A program made the translations under genes and the position numbers. The notes below the pieces were generated by a model, which saw nothing but the letters and a program-made list of their open reading frames with translations, was not told the origin of the DNA and ran no database searches. DNA of 64,000 nt from an uncultured Nitrososphaeraceae archaeon (GTDB taxonomy: Archaea; Thermoproteota; Nitrososphaeria; Nitrososphaerales; Nitrososphaeraceae): NCBI GenBank assembly GCA_963779615.1, contig CAVZZA010000005.1:192001-256000 (forward strand), read 5' to 3'. This document shows, in pieces, positions 1 through 10,589 of the stretch (position 1 is its first letter; every line of letters starts with the position of its first letter).

Positions 1-34
1 AGTGCAAGATTACATCATTATGGGGTAAAAAGCA

Positions 35-586
35 ATGCCTAAACTTCAAAACGACACAAAAAAGAAAATTGAGAGTGAAAGCATAACGTTTAGAATTGAA
101 AAGCCAATATTGGATGAACTACGGCAGGAAGCAGGGCAAAAAATGGAAAGCGTCAATACGCTGGTAAACCAAATAATAAATTCATATGTGCATTGGCATA
201 AACCTGCGAGAAACGCTGGACTGGGATATTTTCCCAAAGTGCTGGTGGCTAGTTCAATTAACTACCTGGATGATGAACAAGTAATTCAGGTGACAGAAGA
301 ATACTGTGACCATCACCTAAAGGATATAATCCATATGCTAATATCTGAAAGCACTTTTTCATCCTTTATGGATGTGCTTTGCTCTTGGCTGGAGTTGTCG
401 GGATACCCATATAGGTTCGATAGCATTAACGGTGCTGATACATATGTAATACAATTTGGTATGGGAAGAAAATGGTCCCTTTATTTTAGAACACAAATGA
501 AATTAGTCTTTGAGCAATATCACATAAAAAACGCAGAAGCGGAAATGACAGATAACACGGTAATAATCCGCATCAAAAGAGAATAA
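35..586 (+). CDS. Ribbon-helix-helix-like DNA-binding domain protein (Nitrososphaerota-type putative regulator)
   Basis: N-terminal SITFRIEKPILDELRQEA...SVNTLVNQII fits an RHH beta-alpha-alpha pattern; 183-aa intact ORF. Confidence 0.6.
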   Translation: MPKLQNDTKKKIESESITFRIEKPILDELRQEAGQKMESVNTLVNQIINSYVHWHKPARNAGLGYFPKVLVASSINYLDDEQVIQVTEEYCDHHLKDIIHMLISESTFSSFMDVLCSWLELSGYPYRFDSINGADTYVIQFGMGRKWSLYFRTQMKLVFEQYHIKNAEAEMTDNTVIIRIKRE

Positions 587-692
587 ACCGGCAATCAGAT
601 TTAGTTTGGTTCCCAATCTACCCATTAGTTTTGGGGCTCCATACCTCATTATCATGATAAGAAGGGTCATGGGCAGTAGTGCCAGTCCGCTT

Positions 693-1150
693 TTAAGTGG
701 CCGGTAGTTCAGTATTTGTTGAGGTAAAGATTGAGGAAAAACACCTAGATGCCCATGCTGCCCCTAGCAAGGCCATGACAATTTTGCCGAAATGGGGTTT
801 GTGGAGGCCTTGAGGATGCGAATAGGCACAGGCGGCTTCTACTTCGCTTCTCCGTTGCGATAAGGGCAGCGAATGATATGGCGCATGCAGACAACAGGGC
901 AACAGTTTGCGCAGATGGCCATCCATTATCGTTTGAAGGAACAGCCGAATGGACCAAAAAAGCCAGTGAAATGGATATGGGCAAAGCTCCAGGATGACTG
1001 AATTTTCCTTCTTTCTTTGCTGATCCTGGAGGAATCAGTTTGGGTGACAAATCTAACACTATTATCACTATAGGAACGTTTCAGGAAAACCCATGGCCTG
1101 ATTGGCCATGCTAATGGATCTGTTCTAAAAGCGGATTTGATTAAGCATAG
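693..1150 (-). pseudogene. Degenerate MFS (EmrB/QacA, DHA2-like) transporter fragment
   Basis: Minus-strand frames give PWVFL/VPIVIIVL (cf. WRWIFLINVPIG), GKFSHPGAL and GWPSAQTVALLSACAISFAALIATEKRS, broken by frameshifts. Confidence 0.5.
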
Positions 1151-2187
1151 GTGTAAAGTTCCTCTGAGTCTACTTTTTTGGACTGCATCCATTTCAGTCC
1201 ACCATCAAATAAAGTGAGCGGGGTAACAAACAATCCCATATCCCTTACCACTGTTATGCCGTGTTCTTTCAAATTTTTATGCAACAGTCAGAGTCATGGG
1301 ATTTTGACGCATCGGACAAGTTCGGTGCAAAAGGTAATTGCAGGTTGCATATTAAAGGCTTTGTTATGAATTATGACCGAGGCTCATTTAATCATTGCTC
1401 CCTAAAATAATATAATCTATTTTAAGGAACGATATAGCAATTAGCCTGCTGGGCCCATTATGATAATAGATTTTTGATGGGCAATTATAAAAAAAATAAT
1501 GTTTCTTGCCAGTGACCAATCTCGCATAGAATGCGAATAGCTGATTTACGGCAAATCCTAGTCGCCCTTCCAGAGTCAAGTGCACAGACCAGGGCACGGC
1601 TATGCCATTGATGTTTTCAGCCAGGGTCTATACTCTGTTCAAAACTTGACTGACTGGAATATTTCCTCCAAGTGCCGGATACAAGTGACCGACCAGCACA
1701 ATAGATGGCATTTGAGGCAATCCGTTTACTAAGGCTTTGTTTTGTTCAGCATATTCATTAAATGCCCTATGACATTCAAACCAAAAACCGCATTGCAATG
1801 GTGCAGAACATTTGCTGACAAATTCATCCGTGTAGGAACGAGTCACAATCGACTAAATGCAAGAGCCCCATGAGACCAAGAAAGGCACTCTCGCTCTTTA
1901 CCTTTTACCAGACCTTCTGGCAAGAAGGCTTTTGGTGGAAAGCAAACCACCAGGCACCTTTCTGACCAAATTCTGGAGATAGAAAGACTGGGAAAACACA
2001 ATCCATGAGGAGTAGTCTGCCAATGGTGTTTGGGTCTTCAGCTGCACATGACTCCTGTAGCAAAATTGAGTTTTATAGTGCTTGCAAAAAAAAATGATTC
2101 TGATAAGACTAAAATGTCAAAAACTTTGGTAAACAGGGCCGGTCTGACACAGAAATGTATTTATTCCCATAACTTAATTTTTTAGGT

Positions 2188-2358
2188 ATGAGCAAAAAGG
2201 CAAAAAAGAATGCACCTTTACCTGCATCAAGTGCTGGCCTGTTAAGGTTTTTTGAAGACGAGACAAAAGGAATAAAGGTAAAGCCAGAAATTATTTTAGG
2301 AGTATCAGGAGCTTTGATTGCAATTTCAGTGGCAATAAAGATTATATTTCCGGCGTAA
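2188..2358 (+). CDS. secG: Preprotein translocase subunit Sec61beta (56 aa, below the ORF-track cutoff)
   Basis: MSKKAKKNAPLPASSAGLLRFFEDETKGIKVKPEIILGVSGALIAISVAIKIIFPA; SAGLLRFF and KVKPE motifs plus a C-terminal TM helix. Confidence 0.93.
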   Translation: MSKKAKKNAPLPASSAGLLRFFEDETKGIKVKPEIILGVSGALIAISVAIKIIFPA

Positions 2359-2379
2359 TTTTTCTTTTTCTGACTTTTA

Positions 2380-4155
2380 ATGATCGATTCTGAATCAGAC
2401 AGTATTTCAAGCCTACACAAAAGATGGTTTTTTACAAACATAAATCCCTCTTCAAAAAAGTTTTCATATCTGATTGCAGTATCAAGCTTACTAGCAAATA
2501 TAATATTAATCAACTTTATAATAAAACATTACGACATTCTGGAATTTGTCAAAACATCCCCAATAATTGTTGCTATTTTTACAGCAACGCTATTGTTTGA
2601 TTTCCTTTCTTTAAACGGGACTCCACTCAACAGGTTTTCAAAAGTTTTACATGTAGCAGCATTTGCTAATTTACTATGGACACTGACAGTAACTTTTAGC
2701 TATATTTCAGAATTTATAATTTATACAAACCACCCATCGATTAATTCCATTATGCAGGGTATGTTTATGGCAATAGGATTGCGAATAGGAATCTTCACCT
2801 CAGTATTTGGTGCATCACTTAAGAGAGCAATTCCAATATCATTTATCCAACCGGTAATTATTTTTATCATAATATCATTTTTCTACTTTAACCACATTTT
2901 CTTTACAAATTTTTCAGTTTATCTTTTTGGGGCAATAATGCTAACAATAGGAATCCTATGGGCAATAATAATAGACAGGATAGGAAGGCCCAATTTTGCG
3001 AGTGCCTTTAAGATATTACAGGCCTTCCTAAAGGCATGGACAGAAAACAAATCTGAGGAAATGGAGAGAATAGCAGAGGAAAAAGCAAACTCCAAGTTCG
3101 TTAAAACGTTTTTGGTGAAACTAAAATCCCAAAAAAATGTTACGTTGGTACTTCCGGAACTGCATCCGGGTCCTTTTAATCCAATCGGAGGGAGTAACCT
3201 TCCATATGATATTTTCAAGTTTTTTTCAAGTTCCGCCATGGTTATGCACAGCATATCAGACCACTCACTAAATATTCCATCTCAGAGGGAAGTAAAAAAA
3301 TACCTGGATTCATTAATGCATACGACACATTTGGAATCAGGCGATAAATGCACAATACCGATTTCCCTTTCCGTAAACGATTGCAATTGCGCTGGATTTG
3401 CATTGGGAAAGAATGCCATAATATTTTTATCCAAATCACCCTCAGGAATGGAGGACATACCTCCTGATGTCAAAGTATCGCTTGAGGAATACTCCCAAGA
3501 ATTGGGTTTTGAGCAAATTCTAATTATTGATTCTCACAATTCCATGGGAAACAAAATCGAAAAACAGGACATAGACAACTTTACAACCATAGGAAAAAAA
3601 TGTTTAGAGAAAATAATAGGTTTTGAACAATTCCCATTTAAAATAGGATACTCAAACAGTTTTCAAATAGACGACAAACCAAAAAACGAAAAAATAAAGT
3701 CTCCAGATTTGGGGGACAGTCAATTTGGAGTGCTAACAATTACAATTGAAAATAAGGAACACGTGTTATGCTGGTGTGACTCTAACAACATGAAAAAGGG
3801 AATAAGAGAAAAAATCATATCAGGTTTAAAAACAGAAGGATACAGCATCATAGAAATATGCACATCAGACACACACTCGACATCAGGCAAAAGAAACACC
3901 AAGGGATACTACACTTTAGGTGACATAACAAATGAGACAAAAATAATCAGCATTTTCCAAAAACTTGCAAAACTATCCAAGGAATCAACCTATGCCTCAA
4001 CATTTGAGATCCAAAAATCAGAAACCCATGTCAAGGTTATGGGAAATGACCAATTTGATGACTATTCATTCGCATTGGAAAAGTCTTTCAAGGTTACCAA
4101 GATTTTCCTTGCAACCACATTTGTTGTGTATATAATCATGCTGCTCATAACCTAA
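2380..4155 (+). CDS. DUF2070 family membrane protein
   Basis: Multi-TM N-terminus, HPGPF..GGSNLP, DSHNS, DSNN and TSDTH motifs; follows Sec61beta. Confidence 0.85.
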   Translation: MIDSESDSISSLHKRWFFTNINPSSKKFSYLIAVSSLLANIILINFIIKHYDILEFVKTSPIIVAIFTATLLFDFLSLNGTPLNRFSKVLHVAAFANLLWTLTVTFSYISEFIIYTNHPSINSIMQGMFMAIGLRIGIFTSVFGASLKRAIPISFIQPVIIFIIISFFYFNHIFFTNFSVYLFGAIMLTIGILWAIIIDRIGRPNFASAFKILQAFLKAWTENKSEEMERIAEEKANSKFVKTFLVKLKSQKNVTLVLPELHPGPFNPIGGSNLPYDIFKFFSSSAMVMHSISDHSLNIPSQREVKKYLDSLMHTTHLESGDKCTIPISLSVNDCNCAGFALGKNAIIFLSKSPSGMEDIPPDVKVSLEEYSQELGFEQILIIDSHNSMGNKIEKQDIDNFTTIGKKCLEKIIGFEQFPFKIGYSNSFQIDDKPKNEKIKSPDLGDSQFGVLTITIENKEHVLCWCDSNNMKKGIREKIISGLKTEGYSIIEICTSDTHSTSGKRNTKGYYTLGDITNETKIISIFQKLAKLSKESTYASTFEIQKSETHVKVMGNDQFDDYSFALEKSFKVTKIFLATTFVVYIIMLLIT

Positions 4156-4194
4156 ACAACAGATCATGCTTTTCAAAATTTTTAATATCTATAG

Positions 4195-4267
4195 TGGATG
4201 GAGAGAGATTTGAACTCTCGATCACCTGTGTGTGAGACAGGTATCTTAACCACTAGACTACCCATCC
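4195..4267 (-). tRNA. tRNA-Val(CAC)
   Basis: Reverse complement GGATGGG...CCTGT-CTCACAC-ACAGG...GAGAG-TTCAAAT-CTCTC-TCCATCC-A folds into a full cloverleaf. Confidence 0.93.
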
Positions 4268-4356
4268 TTAATAACGGTTATTTGGAATCGTCCTTTATAT
4301 TGATTTTTAACAGCTAAAAAAAGTTTTAAAATATCGCCACACAAAAAAAAAGAAAA

Positions 4357-5613
4357 TTAGGTTCCTTCACCGTATTCATTTATGTATTTATTTTGGCTCC
4401 CTGTCAAATTGTCGATTTGGATATCCATAGAGTCCAATTTCAGCCTAGCGATATCAAGATCCTGCTCTCTGTCTATTTCATAAATCCTATTCTCCAGCTT
4501 TTCTTTGTTTTCTGCAAATTTCAAAACGGAGAGAAACTGATTGGCAAAACTCATATCCATAACCTCAGAAGGGTGACCATCAGCCGCGACCAAATTTACA
4601 AGCCTACCCTCACCTAACAGGTTAATTCTGTTTCCATTTTTGAGAATAAATTGTTCCACGTTTTCATTGAGTTTATGGGTGGAGCTGGACAGATTCCTCA
4701 GGTCAGTTGTGGATATTTCAACGTTAAAGTGCCCTGCGTTTGCAAGAATCGTACCATTCTTCATGTTCTCGATGTGAGAGCCAGTAATTACATCCTTGCA
4801 CCCAGTAGATGTGATAAATATGTCACCTAAAGAAGACGCCTCCATCATGGGCTTTACAGCAAATCCATCCATTTTTGCTTTCAGTGCGTTAATGGGATCG
4901 ACCTCAGTTACAACAACAGATGCACCATGCCCGCTGCACCTACTAGCTATTCCTTTACCCACATGGCCATAACCGGCCACAACGACGGTTTTTCCGGCAA
5001 TAAGAATATTGGTGGCTCGTATAACACCATCTAAAGCAGACTGCCCTGTTCCATACACATTGTCGAAATCATGTTTGGTTTCAGCGTCGTTCACAGCGAT
5101 GATTGGGTATTTTAGTTTGTTTGTTTTTTCCAAAGCTCTCAAACGCATTACACCGGTGGTGGTCTCCTCTGTCCCCCCAATGACATTATCGCCAAACTTA
5201 TCCATTGTCTTATGAAACTCGATCGTCAGATCGGCTCCATCATCTATAGTTATGTGAGGCTTGAATTTTAGTACTGAATGAATATCTTCATAGTACTCTT
5301 CATTAGTCACCCCTCTGCTTGCAAATATGGACATTTCGTCATCTACAACCAAAGAAGCAGCAATATCATCACTAGTGGACAAAGGGTTACAACCCGACCA
5401 AGCTACCTCCGCCCCTGCCGCTTTCAGTGTTTTAATCAACACAGCTGTTTCTTTGGTCACATGTAAGCAACCACCAATAACCAAATTTTTTAATGGCTTG
5501 GATTCCTGAAACTTCTTTTGCAAGGAGAGCATTACAGGCATGTGAGACTCTGCCCACTCAATTTTTTTTTTACCATAAGAGGATAAAGATTTATCTTTGA
5601 TTCTATATTCCAT
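4357..5613 (-). CDS. ahcY: Adenosylhomocysteinase (SAH hydrolase)
   Basis: GCLHVTKET, CNPLST, DDGAD, EETTTG, DNVYGTGQS, GYGHVGKG and GHPSEVMD motifs; start probably ATG 5613 rather than 5637. Confidence 0.97.
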   Translation of the reverse strand: MEYRIKDKSLSSYGKKKIEWAESHMPVMLSLQKKFQESKPLKNLVIGGCLHVTKETAVLIKTLKAAGAEVAWSGCNPLSTSDDIAASLVVDDEMSIFASRGVTNEEYYEDIHSVLKFKPHITIDDGADLTIEFHKTMDKFGDNVIGGTEETTTGVMRLRALEKTNKLKYPIIAVNDAETKHDFDNVYGTGQSALDGVIRATNILIAGKTVVVAGYGHVGKGIASRCSGHGASVVVTEVDPINALKAKMDGFAVKPMMEASSLGDIFITSTGCKDVITGSHIENMKNGTILANAGHFNVEISTTDLRNLSSSTHKLNENVEQFILKNGNRINLLGEGRLVNLVAADGHPSEVMDMSFANQFLSVLKFAENKEKLENRIYEIDREQDLDIARLKLDSMDIQIDNLTGSQNKYINEYGEGT

Positions 5614-5655
5614 CAAGTAAAAAAATATAGAATCCATATATTACTTTAACATAAT

Positions 5656-6318
5656 CTGAAAATCAAAAGAGGGTTTTTCGAGGGAAACACTCCGGATGTA
5701 GCTTGTGCCCTTGTAGGCAAAAAACTAGTAAGGAGGGTGGACTTTTTCGGAAGATGCTATACTATAAGTGGCACAATAGTGGAAACCGAGGCTTACGGCA
5801 GCATCGATGACCCCGCAAGTCATGCCTTCAAAAGAAAAACAAGCCGCAATGAGACAATGTTCGGCAATCCCGGAAAAGTTTATGTTTATTTCATTTATGG
5901 AAATCACTATTGTTTTAACATAGTAGCAAAAAACAATGATAGTGCAGCAGGCGCCATACTGATAAGATCAATACAGCCAATAGAAGGAATCAGTTTGATG
6001 AGGATTTTTCGGAAAACAGACAACATCTTCAACCTGTCTTCGGGACCCGGAAAGTTAACCCAGGCCTTTAAAATATCGAAAAATCACAATGGAATGGACG
6101 TGACCGACAACAAAAACGATTTTTTTTATTTGGAAGATACTACCCAAGGAAATAACAACAATATGGGCGGATTCAAGGTCTTGGAGACCAGCAGAATCGG
6201 CATAACGAGTGCATTGGAAAAAAAATGGAGATTCATCATGATGAATCCAAAGAGGGGAAAAACCGACGGAGCGCCAGAAGAATACACACCCAATCCTTTT
6301 CTGTCCAGAAGAGGTTAA
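5656..6318 (+). CDS. mpg: 3-methyladenine DNA glycosylase (AAG/MPG family)
   Basis: IVETEAY, DPASH, MFG.PG.VYVYFIYG, AILIRS, GPGKLTQA and SRIGI motifs; the frame extends upstream of GTG 5737 through FF...VA..LVGKKLVR to CTG 5656. Confidence 0.92.
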   Translation: MKIKRGFFEGNTPDVACALVGKKLVRRVDFFGRCYTISGTIVETEAYGSIDDPASHAFKRKTSRNETMFGNPGKVYVYFIYGNHYCFNIVAKNNDSAAGAILIRSIQPIEGISLMRIFRKTDNIFNLSSGPGKLTQAFKISKNHNGMDVTDNKNDFFYLEDTTQGNNNNMGGFKVLETSRIGITSALEKKWRFIMMNPKRGKTDGAPEEYTPNPFLSRRG

Positions 6319-6388
6319 AATTTAATTACAAATTAGATGAAAACCTTAAACAAATTTTTATAAATATCAAATACAAAATGTCTAGCAA

Positions 6389-6721
6389 TTGCCGCTCAGA
6401 GATTTTTTGGTTCCTGATGAACAAATCAAAATTATATGCAAAAGAGATGTAGAATACGCCAACAAGAAATACTGCTTATTCGTTACAAACAAAAGAATTC
6501 TTTTGTATAAAAAAAGGGGAATCCTAAACAAAACTGAGGATGTTGTGTGTGAAAAGCTGGAAAGGTTAGAGGGTTTAGAGTACAAAGAAAAAAGAGGACT
6601 ATGCAATTTGGCAAAAATATCTATCAAAGGGGGGTTAAAAATAAACATCAAGGGACCAACCAATGAAGTGAAAAATGTCTTTCAGGTGTTAGAGTACTTG
6701 ATGAACTTGAAGTCAAAGTAA
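6389..6721 (+). CDS. Small bacterial-type PH-domain protein
   Basis: DEQI...LFVTNKRILLYKKRG pattern typical of bPH domains. Confidence 0.65.
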   Translation: MPLRDFLVPDEQIKIICKRDVEYANKKYCLFVTNKRILLYKKRGILNKTEDVVCEKLERLEGLEYKEKRGLCNLAKISIKGGLKINIKGPTNEVKNVFQVLEYLMNLKSK

Positions 6722-6724
6722 AAA

Positions 6725-8833
6725 CTACTTTAACTCCTCATGCAGAAAACTCTTCAATTTATGCAAATCGTTCAAATCCGTTTTTGAGCTAGTATCCGAG
6801 TCTTGGTTGTTGCCGTCATCTTTTTTATTGAAATATTGATTTAATTCGTCATCTTCGTCATCTTTTTTATTGGAAGAGGGATTTAATTCGTCATCTTCGT
6901 CATCTTCGTCAACCGAGGATAACTTGTTAATATTCGATTGAACTTCTTGAGAAAGGTTTTGTGTTGCTTTTTTGCCCTGACCTGGCGATTCCGATGACGA
7001 TGACGATGACGATGACTTGTTCTGCGTGGCGTCGGCACTGGCTTTTGTGATTAGGGCATTTGAGGCTACGGGTATCTTTTGCTCTCCACTATCAGGCGCA
7101 CTTTGCTCTGCTTTTGTGCCTTGGTCCGGCGATTCAGATGCTGATGACTTGTTCTGCGTGGCGTCGGCACTGACTTTTGTGATTAGGGCATTTGAGGCTA
7201 CGGGTATCTTTTGCTCTCCACTATCAGGCGCACTTTGCTCTGCTTTTGTGCCTTGGTCCGGCGATACCGATGACGACGATGACTTGTTCTGCGTGGCGTC
7301 GGCACTGACTTTTACGATCAGGCCAGTTGAGACTACCGCGGGTTTTTGCGCTCCATTATCAGGCGCACTTTGCTCTGCTTTTGTGCCTTGGTCCGGCGAT
7401 TCAGATGACGACAATGACGACGACTTGTTCTGCGTGGCGTCGGCACTGACTCTCTTGATTAGACCATCTGAGACTACCGCGGGTTTTTGCGCTCCATTAT
7501 CAGGCGCACTTTGCTCTGCTTTTGTGCCTTGGTCCGGCGATTCCGATGACGACAATGACGACGACTTGTTCTGCGTGGCGTCGGCACTGACTCTCTTGAT
7601 TAGACCATCTGAGACCCTGGGCAGTGCTTGCGCTCCATTATCAGGCGCACTTTGCTCTGCTTTTGTGCCTTGGTCCGGCGATTCCGATGACGACAATGAC
7701 GACGACTTGTTCTGCGTGGCGTCGGCACTGACTCTCTTGATTAGACCATCTGAGACTACCGCGGGTTTTTGCTCTTCAGGAATTAGACTTTGGCAACATA
7801 TAGCACCTGATACCGCCGTCAAATTTGGAATGAAATTTTTATTTATTTTTGAATCTTCAGAATTTAATACAATACCTGACTTTGAAGGTGGCGGGGTGCT
7901 GGCTTTGTTGATCAGGTCACTTGTGGCCGTTTTGTTGGTGCCGCTGGTGCCGTTGAGGTTGCTGGTATGGTTTGACACTATGCTTGACTTTGAAGGTGGC
8001 GGGGTGCTGGCTTTGTTGATCAGGTCACTTGTGGCCGTTTTGTTGGTGCCGCTGGTGCCGTTGAGGTTGCTGGTATGGTTTGACACTATGCTTGACTTTG
8101 AAGGTGGCGGGGTGCTGGCTTTGTTGATCAGGTCACTTGTGGCCGTTTTGTTGGTGCCGCTGGTGCCGTTGAGGTTGCTGGTATGGTTTGACACTATGCT
8201 TGACTTTGAAGGTGGCGGGGTGCTGGCTTTGTTGATCAGGTCACTTGTGGCCGTTTTGTTGGTGCCGCTGGTGCCGTTGAGGTTGCTGGTATGGTTTGAC
8301 ACTATGCTTGACTTTGAAGGTGGCGGGGTGCTGGCTTTGTTGATCAGGTCACTTGTGGCCGTTTTGTTGGTGCCGCTGGTGCCGTTGAGGTTGCTGGTAT
8401 GGTTTGACACAATATCGGATTTTGAGGATATATTGAATAGGACGCTATAGAATACAGAAGAGTCGGATTTTAAACAATAATTTTTAGCAGTCATTTTATT
8501 TGTTCCATTAAACAGCGTACCTTTTTCATCAATAACAAACTCCCATTTTGTAAAGTCTTTAGTTCCATTAATCCCTTTAGGCATAACAGCAGTGTATGGT
8601 TTCTTGTCATTAATAATAAGCGATACAGTGCAATTTAAATCCGGATTGTACTTTGACATACCTTTTACCTGCATGTTATCATTAATGGTAAAGCTGGAAT
8701 TTTTGTGAGGATAAACAATCTTTACTTTAAGGGAAGGATCTGGAATACCATAGATTTTAAAATAAGTTATGTTTAAAATTAAAAGCATAGAGAAAATAAC
8801 AATCAAAACATATGGATTAAACAATTTTCTCAT
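6725..8833 (-). CDS. Membrane-anchored or secreted Ser/Thr/Asn-rich repeat protein (putative surface glycoprotein)
   Basis: N-terminal hydrophobic helix, Ig-like ~110-aa domain with two Cys, two tandem-repeat blocks, acidic tail. Confidence 0.8.
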   Translation of the reverse strand: MRKLFNPYVLIVIFSMLLILNITYFKIYGIPDPSLKVKIVYPHKNSSFTINDNMQVKGMSKYNPDLNCTVSLIINDKKPYTAVMPKGINGTKDFTKWEFVIDEKGTLFNGTNKMTAKNYCLKSDSSVFYSVLFNISSKSDIVSNHTSNLNGTSGTNKTATSDLINKASTPPPSKSSIVSNHTSNLNGTSGTNKTATSDLINKASTPPPSKSSIVSNHTSNLNGTSGTNKTATSDLINKASTPPPSKSSIVSNHTSNLNGTSGTNKTATSDLINKASTPPPSKSSIVSNHTSNLNGTSGTNKTATSDLINKASTPPPSKSGIVLNSEDSKINKNFIPNLTAVSGAICCQSLIPEEQKPAVVSDGLIKRVSADATQNKSSSLSSSESPDQGTKAEQSAPDNGAQALPRVSDGLIKRVSADATQNKSSSLSSSESPDQGTKAEQSAPDNGAQKPAVVSDGLIKRVSADATQNKSSSLSSSESPDQGTKAEQSAPDNGAQKPAVVSTGLIVKVSADATQNKSSSSSVSPDQGTKAEQSAPDSGEQKIPVASNALITKVSADATQNKSSASESPDQGTKAEQSAPDSGEQKIPVASNALITKASADATQNKSSSSSSSSESPGQGKKATQNLSQEVQSNINKLSSVDEDDEDDELNPSSNKKDDEDDELNQYFNKKDDGNNQDSDTSSKTDLNDLHKLKSFLHEELK
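6980..7775 (-). repeat. Intragenic tandem repeat, ~141 bp (47 aa) x6, with Ser-tract length variation
   Basis: ttagaccatctgagac at 7600 and 7741 (period 141); six ADATQNKSS units. Confidence 0.93.
7877..8410 (-). repeat. Intragenic tandem repeat, 108 bp (36 aa) x5, essentially identical units
   Basis: tttgaaggtggcggggtg at 7881, 7989 and onward; unit IVSNHTSNLNGTSGTNKTATSDLINKASTPPPSKSS. Confidence 0.95.
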
Positions 8834-9323
8834 CAGAGTTTAAAAGAGACTATAAAATATAGAGCTTTGATATGAATGAACAAAGAAAACATTTCGCTAA
8901 TATATAGGATAAAAAACATACATAATTATTTTAGGGTGCAAGAACGAAATGCATCATTTTCAAAAAAATGAAAAGTATACAATTGCATTGTTCATTCACC
9001 TATAATATTTGTAAACGAATTTGATTGTTTTTCTTTTTATCGAGCACCTAATCGCCGATATTTAATTATCAGCAAGACAGGAAATAATAATCAGAAGTCT
9101 GATTTTCAGCAGTGAAAAGAGACAAGTTTCATTTTTATGCAGCAAACACAAGCAAAACTATTGACTTAATACTTAACCATCCGGCAATATCTCTCACCAC
9201 ATGATGGTAAATTAAAAGATACGCAAATAAGCTAAAAATGGTTTATTCTTTTGAATAGTCAATCAAAAGTAGATGAAAACAAATGAGGTTAAAAATAAAA
9301 ACAGAAATTCAGGTTACTATCAA

Positions 9324-9623
9324 TCATTCATCTAATACGGTTAACTTTCCATAGCGACCAATATTGAGGCTGTTTTCTCCGCGGAATGCCTGAGTGTAAC
9401 CGTTTTCAATTAAAATTTTATCGCCCTCTTTTATCATCTTTATTTGATCATCCCATAATGATAACTTTATTTTTCCAGTGTTGTCTGCAATAGTAGCATC
9501 AGCAACCTGTGCTGAACCTCCTGCCCTCAAATTTACTGTTCTTGGCTCAGTTATTGATTCAACAGTACCTTCAACTGTTACGTGCCTCATGTCATTTGTC
9601 AATTCACTAATATTCGTACTCAT
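9324..9623 (-). CDS. ssb: Single-stranded DNA-binding protein (single OB fold, crenarchaeal SSB/RPA-like)
   Basis: VADATIADNTGKIKLSLW and IENGYTQAFRGENSLNIGRYG motifs. Confidence 0.85.
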   Translation of the reverse strand: MSTNISELTNDMRHVTVEGTVESITEPRTVNLRAGGSAQVADATIADNTGKIKLSLWDDQIKMIKEGDKILIENGYTQAFRGENSLNIGRYGKLTVLDE

Positions 9624-9751
9624 AGTTTTGAATATACTTTATTTTAATTAATATTAAATTTTGTCATTGCTTAAAAAAAATTGATTTTAAAAAAATACCA
9701 AGAAAATCAAAAGGAATAAAACGATGATAGTAATTCAACATTTCTGACAGA

Positions 9752-9856
9752 GGAGGAGTCGCGAAGCCAGGTCAAACGCGCAGGACTCAAGATTCAAAAA
9801 AAGGGGAAATCCCGTCCTTCAGGGGTTCGTGGGTTCGAATCCCACCTCCTCCACCA
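9752..9856 (+). tRNA. tRNA-Leu(CAA) with a 17-nt intron at position 37/38 (9792..9808) and encoded CCA
   Basis: GGAGGAG/CTCCTCC acceptor stem, CAGGA-CTCAAG[intron]A-TCCCG anticodon arm, long variable arm, GTGGG-TTCGAAT-CCCAC T arm. Confidence 0.9.
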
Positions 9857-10589
9857 AATCATAGATTGAAACTTCAGGGTCTAAAACCACCGCCACATAA
9901 AACAGAAATTCTAAAAGATTGGTGATCTAATCTGATTTAAGGTTTTATTATCATCTTTTTGTAAAATATACTTTATTGTTTTTGGATGTTATTTGACTTT
10001 ACCATAGCTTTCATTTCTCATTCAGGCAGTCACAAAGACTGCTTTAACATGGACAGAAGTTATCGACACACCCAATAATGGCAATTTCTATTTCTGCCAG
10101 GGTGTCCCATTGGCGAAAAATTTTGATGGTCAACAAGATGCTGTAATTAGAGCACATATGTGAATCTGGTAAATGGTTATACGAAAAACTAGAGTGATGA
10201 TTTGTTATTGTTCATGCAATTATGTTAATTGGCATATTATAAATATCTGCATAATCGGAATTATCCTCCGCATATTCACTATACAACGCTTCTTAACACT
10301 AAAGAAAATAACCATTAAAACATCTTCAAACATCACAATATTCAACAATCAACAGAATTAGTAGTTTGAATCAAAGACAACCGGGAGTTGGATTCGAACT
10401 CTGGCAATACTCGAGGCGACAGATAAAAGGGGGTTTGATAAAGATCTTGTTTTTTTGTACAAATCCTAAAATTGTATCAAATGTATGGTTGGAATGGGCC
10501 GAAAGGGATGCAATACAAATTTGGGAATAATCGGGATTTAGATTTTTATTCATGTCATCCTTTTTTTCAAATGATTCGAATCCCTAGAG

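Noticed and set aside
1861-2060. Hairpins (ccttc-tggcaa-gaagg, ggtgg-aaagcaaa-ccacc) as a riboswitch or ncRNA
   Set aside because: Short stems with no recognisable aptamer consensus; more likely decayed coding DNA
2109-2513. 134-aa minus-strand ORF
   Set aside because: Antisense to Sec61beta and DUF2070
7877-8410. Regular repeats as a CRISPR array
   Set aside because: Units are contiguous, in frame and have no unique spacers; no cas genes are present
7017-8450. 477-aa plus-strand ORF
   Set aside because: Antisense shadow of the repeat protein; the stop-free frame follows from the repeated units
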